64,000 nt of DNA from the NCBI RefSeq assembly GCF_018350175.1, contig NC_058368.1, positions 118,298,001 through 118,362,000 on the forward strand, read 5' to 3'. The position numbers were made by a program, and so were the translations under genes. Positions 23,886-36,962 of this stretch are shown here, piece after piece. This DNA comes from Felis catus. Taxonomy: Eukaryota. Every line of letters begins with the position of its first letter. Position 1 is the first letter of the stretch. Under the pieces are notes generated by a model. That model did not search any database, was not told where the DNA came from, and saw only the letters and a list, made by a program, of their open reading frames with translations.

Positions 23886-26872
23886 ACAGTGGTTTTCCTC
23901 TGAAAGACTTACCCAAAGAGTTTTACTTAGCCTGTATAATTCTTTTGGTTTTAATTTTTTTTTTTTTTTTTTTTTTTACAGTAAACTCATGGAGAAGCGA
24001 GCAGGCTTGGATCCTAAGACCTCAGAGCTCTGTTACCCCCAGGCTAGGCCCTTCTCTGCTTCTAGGTAATCTGGGACCCTATCAGTCTTGCCGTGTCTCA
24101 CTTGTGAGGGCGCCAGGTCTCTAACCCTCCTGCAGGACCTTGTGAGGATTAATGGCCTAAATCAAATAGGATCTGCTCTTGAGAAGATGCTGACCCATAC
24201 GAATAGGTCAGTGTGTGTCACGGAAACCACATACCCTCAAACCAAGGGCCTCGCTGGCATCAGAGGTGACAGCATCAGACAACAGGCCAGTGGCTGGTTG
24301 TTAGAAGCATAGGTAGTCCAAAAAAATACTCACCATAGTCTCAACATTTTGGTTTCCTTTGAGATCAGGTTTTGTTGCTTTCCCAATCCTGCGAACTACC
24401 CTGTGAGGGTAGAAACGTCAGGGCCATCTGCCCAACGATGGACAGCCAAAAGGGCAAGTTGAAATTCTAAAACCCACTTTCAGCTAACATTTCCTCAAAA
24501 GTACCTCCCTCTTCAGGGCCCCAGAGGCATCTCCTTTTGTGAAATCCATGCTCCCCTGACCTTTGTGGCTTTGGGGTAGGCAAGTGTCTCTTCACCCCTG
24601 GGTACAAACTAATAAGGACCCCCCTGTAGAGGCACTCAGAGCCCCAAGTGGCAGAAGGTGGGTCCAAAACACCCAAGCTTACTCATGCTCTTTGACCAGC
24701 CAACGGTGTTCCTTGGTCTTGAAAATCAGGCAGCCAGAAGCTCCCCTGATAAGTATGTAAATGCCAAATTTAATAGGAAATGAGATGGCAGGCATGCCTG
24801 GGCTCTAACTCCCATGTCACCGCTTAAGGGACAAGTAAGTTAATTCTATGAGCCTCAGTTTCCCCATATGTTAGATGAGGGATAATGCCAATATTTGCCT
24901 TGTAGGGTCATTGTGAAGGTTACCTGAGATGATGCCTCTGAGGCTGCAGCATACAGTTGGAGCTCAATTAATGTTTGCTATAATTATTACATTACTTTTA
25001 AAATCAGAATTTAGGACTTCACATAACCTAGCCATCCTCTCTCAGGTATTTAGGGAAGCTGGGTTTCTATTGGTCACTTGGCACTTGCTATGTGTCAGAC
25101 ACCACAGAGAGGGCTAGGGATAAAATCCAGTTTCCCCCAGGAATGTAAAATTCAAGTTTTTTACAGGGTGCGAGATTGCAGAAAGGCTCCACGAGCCAGG
25201 GAAGGCCTCAGGGAAGGCAGCACTGAGGCTGGCCCTTGAAAGGCAGGGTGGGTTCACATCCACAGAGCAGAGGGAGACACAGGTGGACAAGGACAGGGGA
25301 CCGAGGAGGGGAGATCTGTCTGCACACGGGCAAGGTTGGGGGCCTAGGTAGGTCTCGTCATGATGGGTCGTCTGGGCACTGAGCCCGAGAAAAGCCTTCT
25401 GTTTTCTTTTGCACTATGTGGGGGTCTCTCTAGGAATGAGATGCCATGGGGTCTTTCAGTCACTTCTACTAATAACTCTCCTTATTATGAGACTTTCTGT
25501 CACTGATTTTTGTGGACTATAAGAGGGAGGAGATGTGATGTTGGAGGAGTTTTAAGTCTTCATCCAGACCATCACAAAAATAGCAATGCACAGTGGCAAG
25601 CATTGTGTCCAGGCCCCTCCTCTAGGACTAGCACCTTGGTTATCTTTGGGGACCCAGCCCTTCATTCCTTCCAGTCTGTGTGGTTTGGGTGGGGATGACT
25701 ACACCCCATGGCAAGGATGGCCACAGTGCCCACACTGGTTCAGTGAGATGCGACTCTGAGACTCTAGACTCTTGGGAAAAGGACATGCCTCTTCTAGAGG
25801 GTGGCTTTGCCATTAGGGTGTCAGCCTGGAGTTGCTGGTGGCCATCTTGCCACTGCCTTATGTGAGTCTTCCTGGGATACAATGACACGGGGATGCAGAG
25901 CCAAGAAACGGAGAGAAACAGAGTTGGGATGCTACCATCTGGGCACCTGGATCCCACCATACCACAGCCTTTTCAGTTACACAAGCAAACAAATTTCCTT
26001 CTTTTGGCACAAGTCTCTTCAAACCGGGTTTCAGTCTATTGTCGCTAAAAGAATCCTGCTTTGTTGGAGTGTCTTGCTCCCACCTATGTTTTGTGGGCTT
26101 CTTCTTAGCATAGGTATTTGTAGTCCATAGTCAGGGGGTGGCGTGGTGTGTAACAAGGCTCAGTGGTACGCATTTGCTAGTGATGGCGACATCTGTACAC
26201 ATCCCCAGACAGGCACAAGTACATGTCATGTGCTTGGGAGGGGAAGCCGAGACTGCAAAATTGCCTTGTCTTCTTTGTCCCTCGAATTGGCTTACAGAGC
26301 AATTCTCCCCAAACCCTGCATTTTATCCCTCTTGTTCTCAACCAAAGAAATGAGTTCTGGGATCTGTTAAGTGTATTTTACAGGGTTCTAAGAAGTCAGG
26401 AAAAGGTGTGGAAGGAATGAGGAGAGAGGAAGATCTGCACATCTCCCTTGTGGGTTTTTTTTTCCCTTTTGTCCAATAATAAGGAATGAGCCAGCCTCCT
26501 TTTGTTTCCTATTTCATGCAGGGCTTTTTAAAACTAAGATGAACTCGACTGCAATGGGATTTGTCTAATGGTTTCTTGGAAAACATCTTCTTGGATCTCA
26601 GCAAACATAATTCACTTGGTGGGAATCATTTCTCACTTCCCCGCTAAGAACTGGACCTACCCTGTTCTTTCTGGGAGCATAGTAGCCTCAAAATGAGAGA
26701 AGAGAGTACAGGTATTTTAAGCTAGCATCCATCACACAGACTCAAGTCTGCCAGAGACCCGGATCAGGGAGGAGAAGAGGAAGAAGAGGGGCAGGGGAGA
26801 GCATTCATGCTGGACCCGAGCACGAAGTCTGTAGTCATGAGCCCCTCAGAGAAACGAAACGGATGCACTCAC

Positions 26873-27200
26873 CTCTTTGCTTTGGCTCTGGGGCACTTTC
26901 TTTCTGGGGCGAGGCAGCCACAGCAGCCTACAGCGTCCAGGGTGACCTAACGGGAGTGCTGCAGGCAGGCCTCTGCAGGAGGAAGGGAGTTCCCATTCTC
27001 CATCAGAAGGGAGTGTCCTTCACCAAAAGGAGGCGATGCCCTTATTCCCCGGGAGTTGAGGCTGTTGGTTCCGCCTGTCCTCTCTCTGCTGCTCCCTCTC
27101 TGGTGTGAATGGAGCTCAAGGGAGTCCTGAGAGAAGAGCTGAGTGCAAAGCACACACCACACCCGCCCTGATACAGGTTGTTTTCCCAGCCCGGGAGAGC
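26873..27200 (-). other. FGF1: FGF1 non-coding exon 1A
   Basis: Minus strand ...GGGGAATAAGGGCATCGCCTCCTTTTGGTGAAGGACACTCCCTTCTGATGGAGAATGGGAACTCCCTTCCTCCTGCAG...CCCCAGAAAGAAAGTGCCCCAGAGCCAAAGCAAAGAG|GTGAGT, closely matching the recalled human FGF1 1A leader. Consensus donor with GT at 26872-26871. The 5' end is approximate. Confidence 0.88.
26883..27055 (-). ncRNA. FGF1 IRES-A structured cis-regulatory RNA element (within exon 1A)
   Basis: The 1A leader of mammalian FGF1 is reported to carry an IRES (Rfam FGF-1 IRES family), and this is the best-matching part of the exon. Self-complementary CTGCAG...CTGCAG and CATC...GATG segments are present. Boundaries are inferred. Confidence 0.7.
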
Positions 27201-28777
27201 CAGGGGAGGGAGGCAGCCAGTGCACTGGGAGGCCACCCTCTCCGGGGCCCCCCACCAGTGCGGCTGATGCTGGCGTACCCACGGAAAGCCCAAGGACAGG
27301 CACTTGTGTATTTCTTTCTCCCCTCTCATGTGATCTTATTTTTGGGCTGGATACAAAAGCTATTTGGGGGCTGGATAGCTGCCAGGTGAAAGGACCATTA
27401 TCTTATCCAAGTTGTCTCTGTGCCTCTGTCTGAGCTAGTCTCTGTTGCCTCTCCCCGTATACGGCAGAACTGTGGGGATCTTGCTGTGAACCTTACTTTT
27501 CATATATCCCAGCAGTTAGTCCACATTACTAACTTTATGTCAACTAGCTTACCCCCATCCTGTGAGGTTTCACAGAGGACAAGTATAATGAACAATGCCA
27601 TTACTATTATGTCTGAGGCTGGTGGACCTGTCACATAACCAACATACAACACTATCTTAGACATAGAGACCCTCTTATCAGCACTGGGGTGGGACCTTCA
27701 GACCTGGAAGGCGCTCAGGAGCAAAGTCAAGGAACAGAGTGAGGTTGTAACACTGAAGGGCCCTGACTCCCCCCTCCCCCAACCGGATGGCTGCTTCTCC
27801 TTCTATCTCCCAGGGGTATAAAACTTAAAATGTTTAAATGGCTTGGTTTTTCACCTCTGAGTTTTCCTCTTCAGACATGAATGGAAAGTTTTGAAACACT
27901 CATGCCTGACAAACGCTGTATCATCATCTTCACGACCATCACTGTTATTTATTAAGCTCTTGCTAAATGCCATTCATGTGCTGAGCCCTTTTCCTGCGCT
28001 GGCTCATTTCTCCTCCCAGCAGCCCTCTGAGGAAGGTAGTCATGTTCCGATAGGACAGCAAGAGAAGCAGAGGCTGGGAAAGGTGAGCTGGCCAGGGAAA
28101 GACCAGAGCCACCCATCTGTCTGATTCCAGAGCAGGAGTTTTGGGCCACTGTGCTTACTGTGTGCTGAAGCTATAAATTACTGAGATTTCACTATTGTTT
28201 TCATTTCCTAAGAGGAAAGTAAAAAACCTCACGGTGGATTCAGATGCATGACTTCACTCCTCAATTTCTTTCCTAATTCCAGTTCTTGAAACAGAGAAAA
28301 AGGTTTTCATCTGTTTACAGTCCTGGGCCCTGACTCTAGATACAGGATAGAGGAGTCTGGCCTCCATTCTCCTTGGAGCCCGTTTTCTATGAATAATTCA
28401 CTGTGCAAACACAAACACGCCAGAGGGGACCCGGCTGGGCGGCCCATTACCCCTGAGATAGAGCCCCGAGATCGAGTCGAACAGCTTGTCCAATACTTCC
28501 CCCTGCAGGCCTCTAGGCTGCATTACCCCCAGAATGGCCGTCCAGACTTCACAAGGATTGTTTTTAGGGAACTGGTTCCTCTAGGCACACCTTCCTAAAA
28601 CTGATTTGCCTAAGAAAGTGCCTGTGTTGGTAATAACCCTTACTGGAAAGTGTACCCCTCATTCCACAAATCTTACTAAGGTGCCATTGCTCCAAATGTG
28701 AAAATCTCCAGCTCCAGGTCCCCAAACTGGAAACTTCCTTTAATAATTTAATTCAGCTTCCTTTAATGATTAAGGTA

Positions 28778-29705
28778 TTTTTCTTTTTTTAGTTTATTTT
28801 TGTGTGAGAGAGAGAGACAGACAGAGTGCAAGCTGGGAAGGGGCAGAGAGAAACATAGAGACACAGAATCCAAAGCAGTCTCCAGACTCCAGGCTGTTAG
28901 CAAGAAGCCCAACGCGGGGCTCGAACACACCAACACACGATCATGACCTGAGCCGAAGTTGGGTGCTCAACTGACTGAGCCACGCAGGTGCCCCAAGGTT
29001 GTTGTTTTTTTTTTTTTTTTATTTAACAAAATTTGTTTCTTCTACTCCTTGAATTTGAGGGAAACTACTGTGAAAGTGAATCATAGGGAATCTCGGAAAT
29101 AATAACAGATGAATAGGTATATTTAATTTTTTTTTAACATTTATTTATTATTGAGAGACAGAGACAGAGCATGAGCATGGGAGGGGCAGAGAGAGGGAGA
29201 CACAGAATCTGAAGCAGGTTCCAGGCTCTGAGCTGTCAGCACAGAACCCGACGCGGGGCTCGAATTCACGAGCCCCGAGATCATGACCTGAGCCGAAGTT
29301 GGATGCTTAACCTACTGAGCCACCCAGGCGCCCCGTGAATAGGTATATTTAAAGAATGATGTCACAACTTAAGTTTTTAATTCCAATATTTACAATATGC
29401 TGGAAGGTATTATCTTGAAGCCCTATGAACAAATGATGAGCATATCACACATCAACTTTAAAATGTAGGTAGAGGGGCGCCTGGGTGGCTCAGTCGGTTA
29501 AGCGTCCGACTTCGGCTCAGGTCACGATCTTGCGGTCCGTGAGTTCGAGCCCCACGTCGGGCTCTGCACTGACAGCTCAGAGCCTGGAGCCTGTTTCAGA
29601 TTCTGTGTCTCCTTCTCTCTCTGACCCTCCCCCATTCATGCTCTGTCTCTCTCTGTCTCAAAAATAAATAAATGTTAAAAATTTTTTTAAAAAATAAAAA
29701 AAAAT
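28778..29705. mobile_element. Three CanSINEs (28778-28994 minus; 29125-29334 minus; 29474-29705 plus)
   Basis: SINE bodies with TSDs gaataggtatattt and aaaatgtaggtaga. Confidence 0.92.
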
Positions 29706-30226
29706 AAAATGTAGGTAGAGATGGCCTCGTTTTTCAAAATTGTTTCAGAAGTCACAGGAACAAAAACTGGCCGAAGCCTGTTGTACCTGGGGCTGGCCAT
29801 TGGTGACTGGTAACAGATTGCTGTCCATCCATCCAAGAGAAGTGAGCACCTACTATATGTCAGGCATTGTTTCGGGCACTAGATAGAAACATGGTGAGCA
29901 AAAAGTTCCATGTTCCATGCCAAATTTTTTACTTGTGGCTGCCTCTAGAGAGTTGAGTGAGGCAAATAGCTTAATTTAATAATACTCATATCTAAAGTTC
30001 ATTTTAGATAAGTACTAAGGAGGAGCATTTGGTGAGTAGAGAAGGTATAAGGGAGATTGACAAATAATGAGGATTGACTTAAGTCATGAAAGAGATGTCA
30101 GGGAAATAACATCTGAACCAAGAATAATGTAGAATCTCCATGAAAACCCTTGTAATATGGGAGGATTGGCAGAAGTGTTTTTAGAAAGAGCCTTTGTCCC
30201 TACACAAGTAAATCCGTGTTGTAAAT

Positions 30227-30435
30227 CAATGTTTCTCAACTGGGACTCATTTCTTTCCCAGGGGACATTTGGCAATTTCTGCAGACATAGTTGGTTGCTG
30301 CGACTGGGGTTGTACTAGTGGCATCTAGTGGGTAGAGGCCAGGGATCCTGCTGAACATTCTGCAATGTACAGGACAGCCCCCACATCAAAGCAGGCAGCC
30401 CTCAAAGTCAATAGTGCTGAGCTTGAGAAACCCTG
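30227..30435. mobile_element. MER20 hAT DNA transposon
   Basis: CAATGTTTCTCAACTGGG...CCCAGGGGACATTTGGCAAT...GGCATCTAGTGGGTAGAGGCCAGGGAT...TTGAGAAACCCTG. Confidence 0.88.
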
Positions 30436-30944
30436 TTGAAGAAGAGGGCAGGGCAGACCACACAAGTGTCTGTAGTAGATGTGGATTCATTTGTTCATTC
30501 ATTCAACAAATACTTATTGAGTGCTCACTATGTTCAAGACACCATTCTGGGCATAATTGAGGCATACCAGGTACCCCTTAACCAAAATTGTCACCTCAAA
30601 TGGCCTGCCCGGTTGTGTTTCTGTGACCCAGCCTAAAACCGTCACTGTTCAAATAGTGGCAAAACTGGTCTTACTGTCTGGAGAAAGAAGAGATAAAAAT
30701 GTATGCATATTATTAGCAAGTTGGTCCCTGAAGCATTGTTTGTAAATAGTGGAAACAACCTAAGTATCTGCCTATAAGGGAATGGTTACATAATTCTAGT
30801 ATATCCATATAATAGCGCCCAATAAAAAGGAAAGAAGCAAGTCTCCTTGAGATGACACAGAAAATAACCATGAAGGTATTGATAACTGGAAAAAAATGGG
30901 AAATAGCACGTAGAGTATAATTGATGTGATTTGTGTTTTTAACT

Positions 30945-33077
30945 TTTTTAATGTTTATTTATTTTTTGAGAGAGAGACAGAGACAGAGTGTGAGTGGAAG
31001 AGGGGCAGAGAGAGAGGGAGACATAGAATCCAAAGAAGGCTCCAGGCTCCAAGCTGTCAGCACAGAGACTGACACAGGGCTTGAACTCACAAACTACAAG
31101 GTTATGACCTGAGCTGAAGTCAGACGCTTAACCGACTGAGCCATCCAGGCACCCTGATGTGATTTGTGTTTTTAAATTGGTTTATGTGTGTGTTTGCATA
31201 TGCATCCAATTACTAAAGAAATTGTCACCAAATCCTACTAATGGTTCCCTCTAAGGAATGGAAAATAACTCTGGAACATGTTCATTGATAGTAACCCTCT
31301 ACATAATTTCCTCCTTTCACATCATTTAGATTGTCTCCAGTTTATCCTCTTCATTACTACCAATATTCAACCACTCACCAACTTCTGGAGGTCCTTCAAC
31401 TTCTAGGACAATTCCCATTCCTTATTATTAAATACAAGGCCCTTCCAAACTTGCCTCTAGTCAGTCCTCATAGGCTGTTCTTGGGAGCTGCTCGCCCTCC
31501 TTGGGGGGAGGTGTTCCCACCCCCACCTCCCTGGAGCCTTGGGAGTCCCACGGTGGACTCCTGGGACTTCATCATGCCATATCCTTTCAAGACAAGCTCA
31601 CCTCTGTGCCTGAAAAACAGTCCTCTTCTTTCTATACCTTTATTAGGATAGACTAGGTTATACTGTGGTTGTAAATAATCCCCAAATTTCAGTGACTTAA
31701 AATAACAAAACTGTATTTCTCATTAATGGACATCAACCTGTCCATTTTCAGGTTGGCTAGGCAACTCTGCTCCGTGTAATCCTTAATCAAGGACCCCGAG
31801 CTCAAGGAGGTCAAGGAACTCGTCCTCTGCATTCAGGAAAGAAAAAAGAGGTAACGTTTACTACTACTCTAGAACCTAGAAGCTACTTCTTTCCCCATTT
31901 CATTGACCAAAACAAATCCTATGACCACATCTTACATAAAATGAGATGGAGAATTTATTTTTTTTAATGTTTATTTATTTATTTTGAGAGAGAGAGAGCA
32001 GGGGAGGGGCAGACAGAAAGGAAGAGAGAGAACCCCAAGCAGGCTCCCTGATATCAGTGTAGAACTGGAGGCGTGGCTCCATCCCACGAACTGCGAGATC
32101 ACGACCCGAACTGACATCAAGAGTCAGACACTTAACCAACTGAGCCATCCAGGAGCCCCGATATAGAGAATTTCAATCCTATTAGTTTCTTGGAAGGTAA
32201 GGAGTCCTAAATATTTGGGGAACCTGAATTCTATAAGTGTTAGGTATGATATTTTATATAAGTCCATTAAGTCATTTGGTAATCGTGTTCAAATAATCTG
32301 TATCCTTATTCATTTACCTGCTCACCTTTTCCTGTGGTTTTGCCAATCTTAGCTTCATATTTTTGACTGTACATTATAAGATGTGTGCAAGTTTTATAAT
32401 CACTGTATCTTCCTTGTGAATTTGTTATGATGATATATCTTTCTTTAGCTGTAGTAATGTTTTTGCCTTAAAATATATTTGATATCAATGTATACTATTA
32501 ATATTAATATAATTTTAATTAATATTTACATATTTTCCACCATTTACTTTCAACATTTTTTAATTTTTTTAATGTTTATTTATTTTCAAGAGAGACAGAG
32601 TGTGAGTGGGGGTGGGGAAGAGAGAAAGGAAGACACAGAATCCAAAGCAGGCTCCAGACTCTGAGCTGTCAGCACAGAGCCTGGCATGGGGCTCAAACTC
32701 ATGAACTATGACATCATGACCTGAGCTTTAGTCAGACGCTCAACTGACTGAGCCACCCAGGCACCACTCAACATTTTTAAAATTAATGTTTATCTGTTTC
32801 TTATAGATAGCATGCATATCTTTTTATCCAGTTCGATACTCCTTGACTTTTTAAAAAAATTTTTTAAGTTTGTTTATACATTTTGAGATAGAGAGAGAGA
32901 GAGAGAGAGAGCGCACAAATGGGGTAGGGGCAGAAAGAGAGGGAGAGAGAATTCCAAGCAGGCTCCACACTGTCAGTGCAGAGCCTGACATGGGGCTCGA
33001 ACACATGAACTGTGAGATCATGACCTGAGCTGAGATCGAGAGTTAGACACTCAACTGACTGAGCCACCTAGGAGCCC
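30945..33077 (-). mobile_element. Four dispersed antisense CanSINEs (30945-31154, 31955-32159, 32556-32766, 32850-33077)
   Basis: Antisense SINE bodies; TSD tgatgtgatttgtgttttt flanks the first. Confidence 0.88.
31635..31950 (-). mobile_element. Old MLT1-type LTR fragment
   Basis: TAGGATAGACTAGGTTATACTGTGG...CCCCAAATTTCAGTGACTTAAAATAACAAAA...ATTTCATTGACCAAAACAAATCCTATGACCAC. Confidence 0.6.
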
Positions 33078-34980
33078 TGATACTTTTTGACTTTTAATTG
33101 AAGTACTTTGTTCATTCACATTTGATGTAATTACTAATATATTTGGATTTAAATCTACCATCTTATTAAATGCTTTCATTTGTCCCACATGTTCTATATT
33201 CTTTTTTTCCTCCTTTCTTGCTTGTTTTGGTGTGGTTGAATATTCTATATTTCTGTGTATTACCTTGGAAATTATATACTTCTTTGACTATTCTTTAGAA
33301 GTTATCCTAGACCACAGTGTGTGTCATTGACTGAATCAAAGTCTAGTGTTAATTGATATTTTTATCTTCTTCCACAGTAATACAAGGATCTTAGACCATT
33401 TTAATTTCATTTACCCCTTCATTCTGACTTATATATATTTGTTATATATTAAAAAATTTTAAATCCCCAATGGACATTGTTAAGTTATTTGGTACAGTCT
33501 AATTCATTTGGATTCTTCAAATTAGCCTTTGCATTCGTCTTCATTTTTTCCTATTATCTATAACCTGTCATTTAAAATCGTTTTCCTTCTGCCTAAAGAA
33601 CACTCCTTTAGTATCTGCTGCTGGTAAAGAATCCCAAAGATTATCTTCATTTCATTTTTATGATTGCAGGCTGTTTTCTCTGGGTATGGAATTCTAGGTT
33701 TTCTATCAGTACTTTAAAGACATTTAAATTCTCCTAATTTCTAGCTGCTATTATTTCTGTTAAGAAGCAAGATAACAGTCTATTCTTTTTTTTTTCCAAG
33801 TTGATTTTAACATTTTTATCCTCCTTGTCTTTGATTTTCATCTATTTTACCCTGATGTACCTAGGAGTGGCTTTCTTTTATTTACTGCTTGGGGTGTCCA
33901 GGTCTTCTGGAATCTTGACATTTTCCCGGCTGTTTTTACTTTCACATATTGCTGCTGTTTTAATTTCTCTCTCATCACCTCCTAGAACTTCAGCCTTCAC
34001 TTTATCTTCCATATCTCTTCTTCTCTCACCGTATTTTCCATCCTTTTGTCTTTTCGTGTCTTGCCCTGATGTTTTCTTCTAACCTACTGCCCAGTTTATC
34101 AATTCTCCCTTCAACTGTGTCTAGTCAGTGGTTAAACTCATCCTCTGAGCTCTTTTGTTATTTATTATGCTTTTCAATTGTACATTTCTATTTGGTTACT
34201 TTACAAATCATTATTGTCTTTTTTTTTTTAAGTTTCTAATTCTCTGCCAGAATTTTTAATATTTTATCTCCTTTGCATAGTCTGTCTGATAACTCTAGTA
34301 ACTGCAGTTTTCTGGGTTTTTATGGTAGTTGTTTCTGCTGGATCTCATTCATATTATTTCCTTATATATCTGGTTAGTTTCATGTGTGCAGAAATTGTGT
34401 GTGAAAAATTATTGGTAGAAGTTACACGAGACAGTATGGTGTTATATTCCTCCAGAGAGTATTTACATTTGCTTCTGCTAGGTACTTGGGGATACTAGCA
34501 ATCTAGGATCACCTTAATCCAATTTGAAGAATTAAGCTCACTGGCAGCTGAGCTGAGCCCCTGCACAATGTGGTCTATCTCCTATTCATCCAGTCTTAAG
34601 GTGCAATCCATATGGCCCCTAGCCTAAAATGGGGAATTACGGGCACTCCTCTCCTTTGATGGGCACTGGATTCCAAGTTTCATCCCCTTACTATGCAAAA
34701 CTGCTTACTATGCAAAACTGCCTACATGCAAAACTGCCTACAAAGAAGCGTCTGAGCTTCTCAGTTGTCTCTTCCAGAAGCAGCAAATATCCCAAGGGGG
34801 AAAAGATGGTTGTTGGGTTTGCCTCCCTAAATGCCCGTCTTTTCCCAGATCTTGGTTTGGCACCTCTTTATTGTCTTTTTAATTGTTTGATGCTTTCAGG
34901 TTGATTTTATTTTTATTTTGTCCAGCCTTTGTAATTGTCCTCAGCAGGAGAGCAGGCCCCAACTATCTAGTCTGCTGTTT
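32220..34980 (-). mobile_element. Old, diverged L1 (L1M-type) fragment with SINE insertions
   Basis: Long T-rich stretch with antisense L1 motifs (CATTTGATGTAATTACTAATATATTTGGATTTAAATCTACCATC; GGGTATGGAATTCTAGG). Confidence 0.65.
34687..34742. repeat. Short tandem repeat, ~3.3 copies of a 16-17 bp unit
   Basis: cttactatgcaaaactg / cttactatgcaaaactg / cctacatgcaaaactg / cctaca. Confidence 0.85.
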
Positions 34981-36962
34981 CCAGATGGTAGGAAATATAA
35001 ATGCAGGAAGCAGGCCAGGTATATGTGCACATGCACACCTTATGTGAGTGGTGGACACTGGGGTTAACCAGAGAGCATGAGTCTTTTTTGCCTTATAGAA
35101 GTGAGAGTCTCATGTTGCCAGATTTTTCAATTTTTTTTTTTCAAAAGAAGTAGGAACTGCAAGCTTTTTAAGTGTGAAATCACAATTTTCAATGGTGGCT
35201 ACAAAAAAAAAAAATTAACTCTCAAGAAACCAAAGAAGACACATTTGCAGTTCAAATCCAGCCCATAGGACACCAGTTTGAAATATCTGAACTACAGGAT
35301 GTGTTGATGGGATAAGGAGGGTTAAAGGTGGTCATCTTTCACTATTAACCTTAGCCTCCAGTGGTCCAGGCTGCCTTGAATAAACCCCAGTCCCTCATAT
35401 CAAAAAAAAAAAAAAAAAAGTTTGAAATAAATTTGTGTCTTTACTGAAATGTCTTAAACATGTCAACCAGGAGGATAGGGTCTATTCATAACACCAACAA
35501 GGCTTCTGGAAGATCTCCTCTCATCTCTCTTCCAAATCCTTCTCATGATAGCCCACCAGGTACGCCAATCCCCTTTAACTTATCTCTTGAATTCCCCTCA
35601 CTTCATCTCATCTCTGGCTCTCAGCTCCTTTATCCTCCCTCTTACCTTCTGATCTATTTTGCTTTCCCTTGCAGGTAATTCCCTGCCTTTTCTCTGGTGG
35701 GCTCACCAAGCCACCCACGCTCACAGCACTGCGTGACTCAGAATCCCTTCCAGCATTTTCCTATATTCCACACAAGAAAGGCTCCAAAACCTAGCTGCCA
35801 AGACTAAATCCTCCGTCACAGGAAGTGGGGGTAGGGAGCCAGGATGCTGTAAATACTCTAAAATCTGTATTTTTTCCCTGTCCCATCAGCTCTGCCATCT
35901 GGGATGGGGTGAAGCCAGGACGCGATGTCATTTGCAGAGGAAGCAGAGCCCGTTTCCGGGATGCTTTGGCACCAGGTTGAGTTTTCGGATGCCTGCCTTG
36001 TCACTTACCTCCTACTGAAAGGACAGGGCCCCCACCCATGCCACCACCCCTCTCGCAAATGGGGAGAGAGAAGCCAGAAGGAAGAGAAATCAAATGTGGA
36101 CTTTTCCTGATTTGCCTCATAGTAGAAAGTTAGCAAAGCATGTCAGAGAATAGAAAGTATTTGATAAAAATAGCGTCTGTTAAGCCTGGGACTCAAGCTG
36201 GAGATGCATGGAAATGAAATTTATTCTTTCCTTGAGTGTTCCCCTACTAGGATAACAATTCTGTCTCCCTCATTAATGACAGAGGCTTAAGATGCTGCTT
36301 TCTGTGACCAAAACGCCTCTCCTTCCCAGGGCTGAAGGTGGAGGAGGTGCTGGCCGAATTGAGGAAGGCTACCAGGCTGTGAAGCCCCCTCTGGCCAGTC
36401 GGGTGTGGTTCTACCATCCTCACACCCACCCTTGACTTTGAGACATGGCGTCAAGGGCTCCACCAGCCTGTGAGATGGGGGAGCTGGGAGAAGGTTTTCC
36501 AGACTAGCCAGTGTCGCTGGCGCATAGGAACCTAATTGATAACCATACCTTTGTAGTACTATTACTCTCCCGGAGGGAGGCCTCTGGCCAGGCAGCCCTC
36601 GGTAAAAGGGCAGAGAAAACGGAGGCTGATGTCCTCTCCTTCATAAAGCAGCTCCTCACGGTGCCTGGGGCTTTCACATTTTCCTCATGCTTCTGAGGAC
36701 ATGCAGAGGTGTCCCCCTCAGCTCAGGATGGGAACGCCAGATGGGGCCTTCCTCAAAGCACGTGCTAGAGCCCCCTGAACTCTCCTGGTGACCGTCATGC
36801 ATGTCACCTGTTCTTCGGGGTCCTGCTCGAGACCGATGGTCCTTTACTGAAAAACAAAGCTGAGCCAAGCTAACAGCAGACGAGAACAAGTGATCAAGTG
36901 GCCCTGTTAAATGACCTGGGTTTTTAATGGGATTTTTTGTGTGTGTTTGTTTTAATTGTGTT

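Larger units (their letters stand above)
1..27200 (-). other. FGF1: 5' untranslated part of the FGF1 locus (alternative non-coding first exons 1A and 1B plus introns); coding exons expected left of the window
   Basis: Two minus-strand segments ending in canonical donors resemble recalled human FGF1 5'-UTR variants, in the known order (1A distal, 1B next). The RR2 element sits at about the expected distance from 1B. No FGF1 peptide (MAEGEITTF...) in the ORF track. Confidence 0.88.
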
